From: Phoronis australis
Lineage: Eukaryota; Animalia; Phoronida
Length of the DNA: 64,000 nucleotides
NCBI GenBank assembly: GCA_002633005.1
Contig: NMRA01000298.1
Location: 411,474 to 475,473, forward strand
Direction of reading: 5' to 3'
Part shown: one piece after another, positions 13,043 to 26,400 of the stretch
Numbering within the stretch: position 1 is the first letter of the stretch
Layout: the number at the start of each line of letters is the position of its first letter
Made by a program: the position numbers and the translations under genes
The notes under the pieces: model-generated
The model's input: the letters and a program-made list of their open reading frames with translations, nothing else
What the model was told of the DNA's origin: nothing
The model's database searches: none

Positions 13043-16000
13043 CTCGTATACTTGCTGTATTTGAGACCATCAAAGTCTGTAGACTTTCATTAAGCTTTAA
13101 TTTGTAAGACTTTAAAAATGACATGTAGCCAGGCTGCTGTTTCGAGAATATCAATGCGTGATTGTTTTGTCTGTGTATTTGTTGAGTAAGACAAATACAC
13201 AGACTTAAAAAGAAAGAGCCCCTAAATGTCCCTGTTTACTTTAAAGGTCATCGTTGTCTTACAAGACTTTCATGGGGGAGTTTTGTAAGAAGGCAGATAC
13301 GACATCTAAGTGACTTAATACATGCGTTAACAGATGTATCCTATCTGCTGTGTTGCAACTAAGTAAGCATTTTCTATACTTACTTTCATAACAGGAATGT
13401 TCCCATTGCAAATTTTCAGGCCATTCAAGTGCGATGATCACCGTGGGCGAACAGAACCTAACCTTATGTTATGTTATGCCTTTTTCCAATAAGAGGGCAG
13501 ATCTGTTGTGCGGTGGTGTGGAGGATAAGAACGCAGATCAGATGTCTGATAAGCGTCAGATATCTGAAGAGCATCCTTTTTGGTGTGATTTGTTTTCATG
13601 TGAACACTCTGTTATCATGGAAAACTAAATTGTATCTTCAAAGCATAAAGAGTTCGAAGGGTACAGAATAATACTACTTTTCTCAAAATATCAGGCACCC
13701 AATGTTCTGTATTGTTATGTCAAAGCCTAGAGAAATGATCAAGTTCAACTAGCTTTGGCTGGATAGAATTTATTTGAAACATTCAGATATAATTATCCTT
13801 TGTGCAGTGTTCTCCGGAATGTGGTTAGGAATTCTTTTTAAAATATTCCGAGTTTGTGTGAGAAGCTATAAACAGTTAGGACTTTTGTGCTTTTTTGAAA
13901 AAATAAAAGCAGCAAAAAACAAAGCTGTGGTTTTAGCAAATCTAACAGACTGTCAATTCCCTCCTGTTGTTTCTGTAGCATATCTTTGAAGACAGGCTTC
14001 ATTGAGAGTACGTTCAAACATTTGTATGAACAGTCCCTTTATATCCGAGTCCTGGAGTGCAGATTTCATGCCTTGAATAAATGTGATCGCTTCCATGGTT
14101 AGGCTTTAGTGCTGACATTTTTGCAGGCTATGTTCTCGAATTGTAAAACACACCCGCCATGTTTCGAAGCGCCACCTATCCACTTTTTCTTCACACCTTT
14201 TCTATTTTTAGCTGTCTGCAAAGTGATGATACGGCTGCCTTATATTTCTTCTTTCAATGCTTTTGTCTTTGCTGACAAAGGTTATCCTTTAGCCAATTGC
14301 ACATTCGGTGGCGCTAAGTCTTTTTCTTACAAGTCGATCTAACGGAGTGGTCGGTTGCTGAGTCGTTGCCTGAGAAGTAGCTCCAGACAAGACTGGACTG
14401 GGACATCTTGGTCTAGAAGTGCCTGCAATGGTTGGATCCTTAGTTAGCTCAAGAGCTTGAGTGAGAAAAGCTTCTGCGTATCTTGTTGTGTTGGCACATG
14501 ACTAGTTTTTATATTTGTCAGACTTCTGTTCACAATGGGACAAGGTTTTCTATTTTAGGAGTTTCCCATGTTCTGAAGATGACTTGTTGCATTGTAAGGG
14601 CAGATACAACATGTGGTCTTTCTTTACATCTGCCGGAAAAGAAGAATTGCCCCCTGACGATCTCTCTCGCTGCACCAGGATTTTCAGGGGTTGTAATGTT
14701 TCTCTTCTTTGTTGGAGGCATTCTGACAAAAATATATAGGTTAAAGTTAATAAGAACAAAAATTGAAATATACACTGTTGGTGATGAGAGTCTCAATAAA
14801 CCCAAAAGCTTCAATGTATTACACATTGCACGTTGGCTGGTAGAAACGTTTATTCCATGGTCCAGACTGCAAAAACCAACCAGGTCAAGAACTTGAATTT
14901 CGATTCGTGCAAGTCCTGTGCTAAAATCTGCGGTCATCGCCTTCTGTAGAGTGGCAAAATTAAGTTTAAATTCGGTCATGAACTTCAGAAACATAAAAAA
15001 ACTGATGATATTTGTCAACTATAGCAAGCAGGGTGTTGAGTTGAAAGAGCTGCTGAGGTGAGAATCATGAAGCCACGGCTTGAATGCTTTGGAATCTCCC
15101 TTGCCATCCTTATATCGTTCTATGTTCATGGTCCATATATTCGTGGCCAAAATCTTTACCGTAATTCTGTTCGTGTGCCTTGAGATTGCTCCTACATGTA
15201 CTGGCAATAATATCCGAGAGATGAAGATTACAGTTCAGCTCATTCAATGTTTCATCTCGCTCCAACTCCAACAAACAAATCGTTGCATGATTGACAGCTG
15301 CATGGTCTGACATAGTGTTGTAAGTGCTCTTGATCATTTGAAGACGACAATCTTCTAACTTACAAACAGCTGCAATATGCCGTATGCTGTCATTCACGTG
15401 GCCTGCGTAGTCAGCAGCCGGTCCTCCAGGCAGCTTATCTACAGACAATACAAGACTTTCATCTTTTGTGCTGACATATGCACTGTTAATTTGCACCGCT
15501 TGCTGAGTGTTCACATCAAAACCCGGCGTAAGGTGGAGCACTGTCATCAGGGACTTCCCTACAAGTAGGTTTGACAGAGCACCCAGTTCGCGTGCCATAT
15601 AGTTAATCGTTCACAAATGACAAATGAGCAGTTGAATAATTAAACATCAATCACATAGCATACCGTGCTCTTTCAAGAACTAAAAGCCTTCATTCAGCTT
15701 TTCATCAGAAAAGGCTGCATGGCAACACAGGAGATGGCAATATCGGTGACTGTTGTGATACGCTAAATAGATGTTGCCGTTCACCAACATTGTCATCAAC
15801 CGTTTTTTATTTCTTGTTCCTGATTCCCCAAGAAATCCTGAGCTGTAGGAAAGAACACACAGGGTTCATAACATATCAAATTTCGGAAGTCATCGCGATC
15901 TTTATTTGCATCCCAACCCATTTGCGTGACTTTAAATGTGTACTCGCTTATTGAGGCTTCACTACTGTACTCAATTGATATACTCAAGTTTCTTTTTCCA

Positions 16001-17298
16001 CAAAAAATTGGACTTGGGACTGAGAATGATACTAACTATTTGAATCAAGGGACAGATCGTCATACATTTTCAATTATGGCACACTAGTCCAAACTTCTCA
16101 AACATTTCCACTGCAACCGAGTCGCATTTGCTGTCTTGTATAGTTGGTGCTCATTTCAGTTCTTTTGTTGTGAACTCCTTCATGTACACTGATGGGTTGT
16201 CGCCCTGTATTGCATTGCGCGGTGTTCAAAAAACCATTCTGGTACCGGTAACAGTATTTAGTAAAGACAAAAATAAATAGGTTAAAGTTAATAAGAACAA
16301 AAATTGAAATATGCACTGTTGGTGATGAGAGTCTTAATAAACCCAAAAGCTTCAATGTATGACACATTGCACTCTGACTGGTAGAACACGGTACAGGGAC
16401 GAAGGCTCGGTTGAACTGCAACTCGTCATCTCCGTTTTCGGTGGGCGCCAACACCATCACTTGAGCTTGCGGTGTCTCGAGTCACTATCATCACCTTTCA
16501 CTTTCTTGAAATGTTGTCCACAACAGATTTTTCTTGCTGACAAATGTTACACTCAGGTGCCAGAATGTGTGAACTTCTGCTACTAGTTGGTTTTGATACT
16601 TCTGATTGGGACAGTCTGGTTGATTTCCTTGGGATATCAAGGGTAACATCTGTGTCACTGTTATCAGCTTCAACTTTAGCTCTACTGCTGGTGTCTAGAA
16701 ACTGCTGTGCTTTGCTGTGCCAGTTCAATTTATGTCCTGTCAGAAAACCTTCTGTAGCAGGATATGTGATGGGACAATTGGGTAAAGCAGCTGTTTTCCT
16801 GCACAGATTTATGACCCTTCCCGCTTTAGGAGTTTGCTAGGTTCTGAAAATGAGTTGTTGCATTGTAAGGGCAGATAAAACATGCGGTCTTTCTTTACAT
16901 CTTCTGCAGGAAAATAACAAGAAACCCCCCCCTTGACGATCTTTCTCGCTACACCACGATTTTCAGAGGGAGTAATCTTTCTCTTGTTTGTTGGAGGCAT
17001 TCTGACAAAAATAAATAGGTTAAAGTTAATAAGAACAAAAATTGAAATATGCACTGTTGGTGATGAGAGTCTTAATAAACCCAAAAGTTTCAATGTATGA
17101 CACATTGCACTCTGACTGGTAGAAACGTTTCTTTCCACGATCCAGACTGTAAACACCAACCAGGTCAAGAACTTGAAATTCGATTCGCGCAGTTTCTGTG
17201 CTAAAACCTGCAGTCTTCGCCTTCTATAGAGTGGCACAATTAAGTTTAGATGCGGTCAAGAACTTCAGAAACACATCATAAAACTTGATATTTGGCAA

Positions 17299-17877
17299 CT
17301 ATAGCAAGTAGGGTGTTGAGCTGAAAGAGCTGCTGAGGTGAGAATCATCAAGCCACGGCTTGAATGCTTTGGAATCTTTCCCCTGCCATCCTTGTATCGC
17401 TATGTGTTCATGGTCCACATATTCTTGGCCAAAATATTTACCGTGTGTCTGTTCGTGTGCCTTGAGATTGCTTCTACTGGTACTGGCAATATCAGAGTGA
17501 TGAAGTTTACAGTTCAGCTCATTCAATGATTTATCCCATTCCCACTCCAACAAACAAATCGTAGCATGATCTACAGTTGCATGGTCTGACATAGTGTTGT
17601 CAATGCTCTTGATCATTTGAAGACGACAATCTTCGAACTTATAAACAGTTGCAATATGCCGTATGCTGTCATTCACATTTCCTGCGTAGTCAGCAGTCGG
17701 TCTTCTAGGCAGCTCATCCACAGACAACACAAGACTTTCATCTTTTGTGCTGACATACGCACTGTTAATATGCACCGCTTGCTGATTGTTGACATCAAAA
17801 CCCAACGTAATGTGGAGCACTGTCATCAGGGACTTGCCTACAAGTAGGTCTGACAGTGCACCCAGTTCGCTTGTCAT
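17299..17877 (-). pseudogene. DDE-type transposase fragment in array unit 2 (homologs at 15110-15598, 22071-22664, 25048-25395, 27981-28444)
   Basis: Putative first Asp in LGFD, second in MSDH/MSDR, then CxxH (NCKLH/NCNLH), a layout shared by hAT/P/MULE/Kolobok-type transposases; superfamily not assignable by eye. Confidence 0.65.
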
Positions 17878-20496
17878 ATAGCTAGGCGGTCATAAGTGAC
17901 AAATGAGCAGTTGAATAATTCAACATCAATCACATTGCATACCGTGCTCCTTCAAGAACTTAAAGCCATCATTCAATTTTTCATCAGGAAAGGCTCGATG
18001 AAATCACAGAAGATGGCAGTATCGATGACAGTTACAACACGCTAAATAGATGTTGCGGTTCACCAACATTGTCACGAACCCTCTTTCATTTCTTATTCCT
18101 GAATCCAAAAGTAACCCTGAAGTGTAGGAAAGAACAGGTTGGGTACATACATGTAATATATCAAATGTCGAAAGTCATCGCATTTGTAAGGTTCAGTGTT
18201 GCTGTCGCAGGACTGTTTGTCACCAACATGACGAAATCAGACTTGGCGACTCATGAAAAATCACACATGAGATCTTTATTTGCATCTCAACCCATTTGTG
18301 TGCCTTTAAATGTGCACTGACTTGTTGAAACTTCGAATCATGTTGAAATTGAAAAAATCTAGTTGCTTTTATTAATAATGTACTCAGTTGATCAACTCAA
18401 GTTCCTTTTTCAACAAAAATTTGGACTTGGGTCTGAGAATGATAATCACCATTTGAATTAAGGAACAGAACGTTGTCATATATTTCCAGTTATGGCACAG
18501 TTATTGGTGAAATACACTTATCCAGGCAGTATCCGGGCATTCACCTCAATCGGGGTATTGTCATCAACGATTTGGTTAGTGGAAGCTACAAGCATTGCGT
18601 TGTCCACTCTACAATATGCCACATTCATTCGCTACTGGGCCAGACTTCTCATACATTTCCACTGCCACCGAATCGTACTTTCTGTCATGTATACTAGATG
18701 CTCGTTTCAGTTCTTTGTTAGGAAATCCTACAATGATGGGTTTTCGCACCTGCGACACATTGCTCGGTGTTTACCAAACCGATCTGCTAAAGGTAAAGAC
18801 CTTATGAACTCGTTTTTGATAACAGGTATTGGTTTACCTCTACAACTGCTGTCACTGTTCATGAATAAAATGGTTGCCAGTAACAACACCAGTGAACCTT
18901 TATTCAGAAGCTTCATTAATCTAAGTTGGTCTTTGNCTTTCCCCTGCCATCCTTGTATCGCTATGTGTTCATGGTCCACATATTCTTGGCCAAAATATTT
19001 ACCGTGTGTCTGTTCGTGTGCCTTGAGATTGCTTCTACTGGTACTGGCAATATCAGAGTGATGAAGTTTACAGTTCAGCTCATTCAATGATTTATCCCAT
19101 TCCCACTCCAACAAACAAATCGTAGCATGATCTACAGTTGCATGGTCTGACATAGTGTTGTCAATGCTCTTGATCATTTGAAGACGACAATCTTCGAACT
19201 TATAAACAGTTGCAATATGCCGTATGCTGTCATTCACATTTCCTGCGTAGTCAGCAGTCGGTCTTCTAGGCAGCTCATCCACAGACAACACAAGACTTTC
19301 ATCTTTTGTGCTGACATACGCACTGTTAATATGCACCGCTTGCTGATTGTTGACATCAAAACCCAACGTAATGTGGAGCACTGTCATCAGGGACTTGCCT
19401 ACAAGTAGGTCTGACAGTGCACCCAGTTCGCTTGTCATATAGCTAGGCGGTCATAAGTGACAAATGAGCAGTTGAATAATTCAACATCAATCACATTGCA
19501 TACCGTGCTCCTTCAAGAACTTAAAGCCATCATTCAATTTTTCATCAGGAAAGGCTCGATGAAATCACAGAAGATGGCAGTATCGATGACAGTTACAACA
19601 CGCTAAATAGATGTTGCGGTTCACCAACATTGTCACGAACCCTCTTTCATTTCTTATTCCTGAATCCAAAAGTAACCCTGAAGTGTAGGAAAGAACAGGT
19701 TGGGTACATACATGTAATATATCAAATGTCGAAAGTCATCGCATTTGTAAGGTTCAGTGTTGCTGTCGCAGGACTGTTTGTCACCAACATGACGAAATCA
19801 GACTTGGCGACTCATGAAAAATCACACATGAGATCTTTATTTGCATCTCAACCCATTTGTGTGCCTTTAAATGTGCACTGACTTGTTGAAACTTCGAATC
19901 ATGTTGAAATTGAAAAAATCTAGTTGCTTTTATTAATAATGTACTCAGTTGATCAACTCAAGTTCCTTTTTCAACAAAAATTTGGACTTGGGTCTGAGAA
20001 TGATAATCACCATTTGAATTAAGGAACAGAACGTTGTCATATATTTCCAGTTATGGCACAGTTATTGGTGAAATACACTTATCCAGGCAGTATCCGGGCA
20101 TTCACCTCAATCGGGGTATTGTCATCAACGATTTGGTTAGTGGAAGCTACAAGCATTGCGTTGTCCACTCTACAATATGCCACATTCATTCGCTACTGGG
20201 CCAGACTTCTCATACATTTCCACTGCCACCGAATCGTACTTTCTGTCATGTATACTAGATGCTCGTTTCAGTTCTTTGTTAGGAAATCCTACAATGATGG
20301 GTTTTCGCACCTGCGACACATTGCTCGGTGTTTACCAAACCGATCTGCTAAAGGTAAAGACCTTATGAACTCGTTTTTGATAACAGGTATTGGTTTACCT
20401 CTACAACTGCTGTCACTGTTCATGAATAAAATGGTTGCCAGTAACAACACCAGTGAACCTTTATTCAGAAGCTTCATTAATCTAAGTTGGTCTTTG
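17376..20496. other. Probable assembly artefact: 1,560-bp direct duplication flanking a single N
   Basis: 17376-18935 appears identical to 18937-20496 (identical ORF translations at offset 1561) with n at 18936. Confidence 0.85.
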
Positions 20497-23400
20497 GTTT
20501 AAATTCATTGTTTTGCTCGTATGGGTGCATGTCTAAACCTACAGCGCGAACATGCCGTTTGTTTAAAACCGGTGCTAGATCGGCAGTCTCAAAGAAAATC
20601 TCTTGTGATCGATCAACTATTACAAGTGAATACCCAATGTTATGAACACAAATCTTCATATTAGCTGACAACCTAGAAGATAAGATGTTATTCATAAATA
20701 TACATGTTTGTGTTTTCCCTTTGTATAGTACGACCTGCAGTCAACGACAGATTCCTATACTTAGTAACCTACTTCCCTCAAACATGGGGGTCACCCACAC
20801 TTTTAAGGATTCTGGTCTGGCTTGAGCTTCCTAAAGGCTTCAAATTCTGAAGGCACGTACATGCAATCGAACATTCGGTCGAACATGCCACTGTACTCCA
20901 CTGTATCACGCTTACTTTCATCGGAGTAGGCAGCAATTGCAGTGGAGGTCTAAAGAAATACAGCGTCTTTACACAGCTATGTACTGATTTAATGTGTGTT
21001 GTTACGATAAGGGAAACGAATATAACAACTCATGTAGTTATTTTGTACAGCATATACATCCATTAACAATATTTACACACACTTGACAAGTTATACAAAA
21101 CATTGAACACTGTACAGGGACGAAGGCTGGTACGAATTGCAACACGTCGTCTCCGTTTTCGTTGGGCGCCAACACCATCACTTGAGCTTGCGGTGTCTCA
21201 AGTCACTATCATCACCGTTCACTTTCTTGAAATGTTGTCCACAACAGATTTTTCTTGCTCACAAATGATACACTCAGGTGCCAAAATGTATGAACTTCTG
21301 CTACTAGTTGGTTTTGGTACTTCTGTTTTGGATAGTCTGATTGATTTCCTTGGGATATCAAGGGTAACATCTGTGTCACTGTTATCAGCTTCAACTTTAG
21401 CTCTACTGTTGTTGTCTAGAAACTGCTGTGCCTTTCTGTGCCCATTAAACTTTTGTCCTGTCAGAAACCTTCTGAAGGAAGACATGTGATAGGACAATTG
21501 GGTAAAGCAGGTGTTTTCCTGCACAGATTGAAGACACTTCCCGTTTTAGGAGTTTGCTAGGTTCTGAAAATGACTTGTTGCATTGTAAGGGCAGATACAA
21601 CATGCGGCCTTTCTTTACATCTTCTGCAGGAAAAGAAAAGGAACCTCCAACCCTTGACGATCTTTCTCGATACACCAGGATTTTCAGAGGGAGTAATCTT
21701 TATCTTCTTTGTTGGAAGCATTCTGACAAAAATAAATAGATTAACGTTAATCATAACAAAAATTGAAATATGCACTGTTAGTGATGAGTGTCTTAATAGA
21801 CTCAAAAGCTTCAATGTATTACACATTGCACGCTGACTGGTATAAACGTTTCTTACACGGTCCAGACCGCAAACACTAAGCAGGCCAAGAACTTGAATTT
21901 CGATTTGTGCAGTTCCTGTGCTAAAATCTGCAGTCATCGCCTTCTGTAGAGTGGCACAATTGAGTTTAGATTCGGTCAAGAACTTCAGAAACATCAAAAA
22001 ACTGAAGATGATATTTGGCAACTATAGCAAGCAGGGTGTTGAGTTGAAAGAGCTGCTGAGATGACAATCATCAAGCCACGGCATGCATGCTTTGGAATCT
22101 CCCTTGCCATCTTTTTATCGCTCTATGTTCATGGTCCATATATTCGTGGCCAAAATCTTTGCCGTAATTCTCTTCGTGTGCCTTGAGATTGCTCCTACAG
22201 GTACTGGCAATAATATCCGAGAGATAAATATTACATTTCAGCTCGTTCAATGTTTCATCCCGCTCCAACTCCAACAAACAAATCGTTGCGTGATTGACAG
22301 CTGCATGGTCTGACATAGTCTTGTCAGTGCTCTTGATCATTTGAAGACGACAATCTTCTAACTTATAAACAGCTGCAATGCGCCGTATTCTGTCATTCAC
22401 ATGGCCTGCGTAGTCTGCAGCCGGTCCTCCAGGCAGCTTATCTACAGACAACACAAGACTTTCATCTTTTGTGCTGACATACACACTGTTAATATGCACC
22501 GCTTGCTGAGTGTTCGCATCAAAACCCAGCGTAAGGTGGAACACTGTCATCAGGGACTTCCCTGCAAGTAGGTTTGACAAAGCACCCAGTTCGCGTGTCA
22601 TATAGTTAACCGTTAAGCGTTCACAAGTGACCAATGAGCAGTTGAATAATTCAACATCAATCACATAGCATACCTTGCTCTTTCAAAAACTCAAAGCCTT
22701 CATTCAACTTTTCATCAGAAAAGGCTGCATGACAACACAGAAGATGGCAATATCGATGACAGTTGCAACACGCTAAACAGATCTTGCCGTTCACCCATAT
22801 TGTCATGAACCCTCATTGATTTCTTGTTCCTGAATCCACAAGTAATCCTGATCTGTAGGAAAGAACAGACAGTGTTCATAACATATCAAATTTCGGAAGT
22901 CATCGCGATCTTTATTTGCATCCTAACCCATTTGTGTGTCTTTAAATGTGTACTCGCTTATTGAGACTTCGAAACATGTTGAAATTGAAAAACAAATCTC
23001 GTTGTTTTTATTACTAATGTACTCAATTGATAAACTCAAGTTTCTTTTTCCACTAAAATTTGGACTTGGGTCTGAGAATTATAACAACCATTTGAATCAA
23101 GGGACAGATCGTTGTCCTACATTTTCAATTATTTCACACCAGTCCAAACTTCTCAAACATTTCCATTGCGACCGAGTCACATTTGCTGTCTTGTATAGTA
23201 GGTGCTCATTTCAGTTTTTTGTTATGAACTCCTGCACTGATGGCTTGTCGCACCTGCATTGCATTGCTCGGTGTTCACCAAACCAATCTGCTAACGGTAA
23301 AGGTGTTTAGTAAAGACTTTATGAACTCATTTGGATAGCAGGTATTGCGCTACCTCCACAACTGCTGTCACTGTTCATCAATAAAATTGCTGCCAGTAAC

Positions 23401-26400
23401 AACATAAGTGAACCTTTATCCAGTAAGTTGGTCTTTGGTTTAAATTCATTATTTTGCTTGTATGGGTGCGTGTCTAAACCTACAGCGCTACCTTGCCGTG
23501 TTATCAAAGCGGGCGCTAGATTGGTCGTCTGGAAGAAAATCTTGTCGTCGATCAACTATTACAAATGTATACCCAAAGTTATTAAAAGCAAATCTTATTT
23601 AATGACTACCTAGAAGTGTAGTTATTATTCATAAATATACATGTTAGTGGTCTCCATTCGTACAGTACGACTTGCAGTCAACGACAGATTCCTACATTAG
23701 TAACCTACTTGCCTCAAACCTGAGCTCACCCACTCTTGTAAGGATTCTGGTCTGGCTTGAGCTTTCTAATGGCTTCAAATTCTGAAGGCACGTCCAGGCA
23801 GTCGAACATTCGGTCGAACATGCGAATGTGCTCCACTGTTTCACGTTTGCTTTCGTCGGTGTAGGATGCCCTTGCACTGGTGGTCTAAGGAAATACAGCG
23901 TCTTTAAACAGCTATGCACTGATTTAATGTGTGTTACGGTAAGGGAAACGAATATAACAACTCATGTAGTTAGTCTTTACAGCATTTACATCTATTAACA
24001 ATATTTACACACATTTGACAAGCTATACCAAACATTGAACACGGTACTGGGACGAAGGCTGGGATGAACTGCAGCTCGTCGTCTCCGTTTTCGTTGGGCG
24101 CCAACACCATTACTTGAGCTTGCAGTGTCTCCAGTCGCTATCATCACCTTTCTCTTTCTTGAAATATTGTTCACAACAGATTTTTCTTGCTCACAAATGA
24201 TACACTCATGTGCCAGAATGTATGAACTTCTGCTACTAGTTGGTTTTGGTACTTCTGATTCGGATAGTCTGATTGATTTCCTTGGGATATCAAGGGTAAC
24301 ATCTTTGTCACTGGTATCAGCTTCAACTTTAGCTCTACTGCTGGTGTCTAGAAACTGCTGTGCTTTTCTGTGCCCATTCAATTTTTGTCTTGTCCGAAAG
24401 CCATCTCTAGCAGGACGTGTGATAGGACACTTGGGTAAAACAGCTGTTTTCCTACCCAGATTAAAGACACTTCCTCTTTTAGGAGTTTGCTAGGTTCTGA
24501 ATATGACTTGTTGCATTGTAAGGGCAGACACAACATGCAGCCTTTCTTTACATCTTCTGCAGGAAAAGAACAAGAACCCCCAACCCTTGACGATCTTTCT
24601 CGCTACACCAGGATTTTCAGAGGGAGTAATCTTTCTCTTGTTTGTTGGAGGCATTCTGACAAATATAAATAGGTTAACGTTAATTATAACAAAAATTGAA
24701 GTATGCACTGTTAGTGATGAGTGTCTGAATAGACTCAAAAGCTTCAATGTACATGTATTACACATTGCACGGTGACTGGTAGAAACGTTTCTTCCACGGT
24801 TCAGACCGCAAACACTAAACAGGCCAAGAACTTGGAATTTCGATTCGTGCAGTTCCGGTGCTAAAATCTGCAGTCATTGCCTTCTCTAGAGTGGCACAAT
24901 TAAGTTTAGATTCGGTCAAGAACTTCAAAAACATAAAAAACTGATGATATTTGGCAACTATAGCAAGCAGGCGTTGAGTTGAAAGAGCTGCTGAGGTGAC
25001 AATCATGAAGCCACGGCTTGAATGCTTTGGAATCTCCCTTGCCATCCTTATATCGCTCTATGTTCATGGTCCATATATTCGTGGCCAACATCTTTGCCGT
25101 GATTCTGTTCGTGTGCCTTGAGATTGCTCCTACAGGTACTGGCAATTATATCCGAGAGATGAAGATTACAGTTCAGCTCGTTCAATGTTTCATCCCGCTC
25201 CAACTCCAACAAACAAATCGTTGCATGATTGACAGCTGCATGGTCTGACATAGTGTTAGTGTTGTAAGTGTTCTTGATCATTTGAAGACGACAATCTTCT
25301 AACTTACAAACAGCTGCAATAGGCCGTATGCTGTCATTCACATGGCCTGCGTAGTCAGCAGCCGGTCCTCCAGGCAGCTTATCTACAGACAACACAAGTT
25401 TTCATCTTTTGTGCTGACATATGCACTGTTAATATGCACCGCTTGTTGAGTGTTCACATCAAAACCCAGCGTAAGGTGGAGCACTATCATCAGGGACTTC
25501 CCTGCAAGTAGGTTTGACAGAGCACCCAGTTCGCGTGTCATACAGTTAAGCGTTCACAAGTGACCAATGAGCTGTTGAACAATTCAACATCAATCACATA
25601 GCATACCTTGCTCTTTCAAGAAATCGAAGCCATCATTCAACTTTTCATCAGAAAAGGCTGCATGACATCACAGAAGATGGCAATATCGATGACAGTTGCA
25701 ACACGCTAAATAGATCTTGCCGTTCACCAATATTGTCATGAACCCTCATTCATATCTTGTTCCTGAATCCACAAGTAATCCTGATCTGCAGGAAAGAACA
25801 GACAGGGTTCATAACATCAAATTTCGGAAGTCATCGCGATCTTTATTTGCATCCTAACCCATTTGTGTGTCTTTAAATGTGTACTCGCTTATTGAGACTT
25901 CGAAACTTGTTGAAATTGAAAAACAAATCTCGTTGTTTTTATTACAAATGTACTCAATTGATAAACTCAAGTTTCTTTTTCCACTAAAATTTGGACTGGG
26001 GTCTGAGAATAATAATAACCATTTGAATCAAGGGACAGATCTTTGTCCTACATTTTCAATTATTTCACACCAGTCCAAACTTCTCAAACATTTTCACTGC
26101 GGCCGAGTCGCATTTGCTGTCTTGTATAGTAGATGCTCATTTCAGTTCTTTGTTGTGAACTCCTGCACTGATGGGTTGTCGCACCTGCATTGCATTGCTC
26201 GGTTTTCACCAAACCAATCTGCTAACGGTGAAGGCGTTTAGGAAAGACCTTATGAACTCATTTGGATAACAGCTACTGCGCTACCTCCACAACTGCTGTC
26301 ACTGTTCATGAATAAAATTGCTGCCAGTAACAACATGAGTGAACCTTTATCCAGTAAGTTGGCCTTTGGTTTAAATTCATTGTTTTACTTATATGGGTGC

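Noticed and set aside
17376-20496. Apparent extra array unit and the 236-aa ORF 18728-19438
   Set aside because: Exact 1,560-bp duplicate centred on a single N, typical of an unmerged contig overlap; the ORF reads across the N
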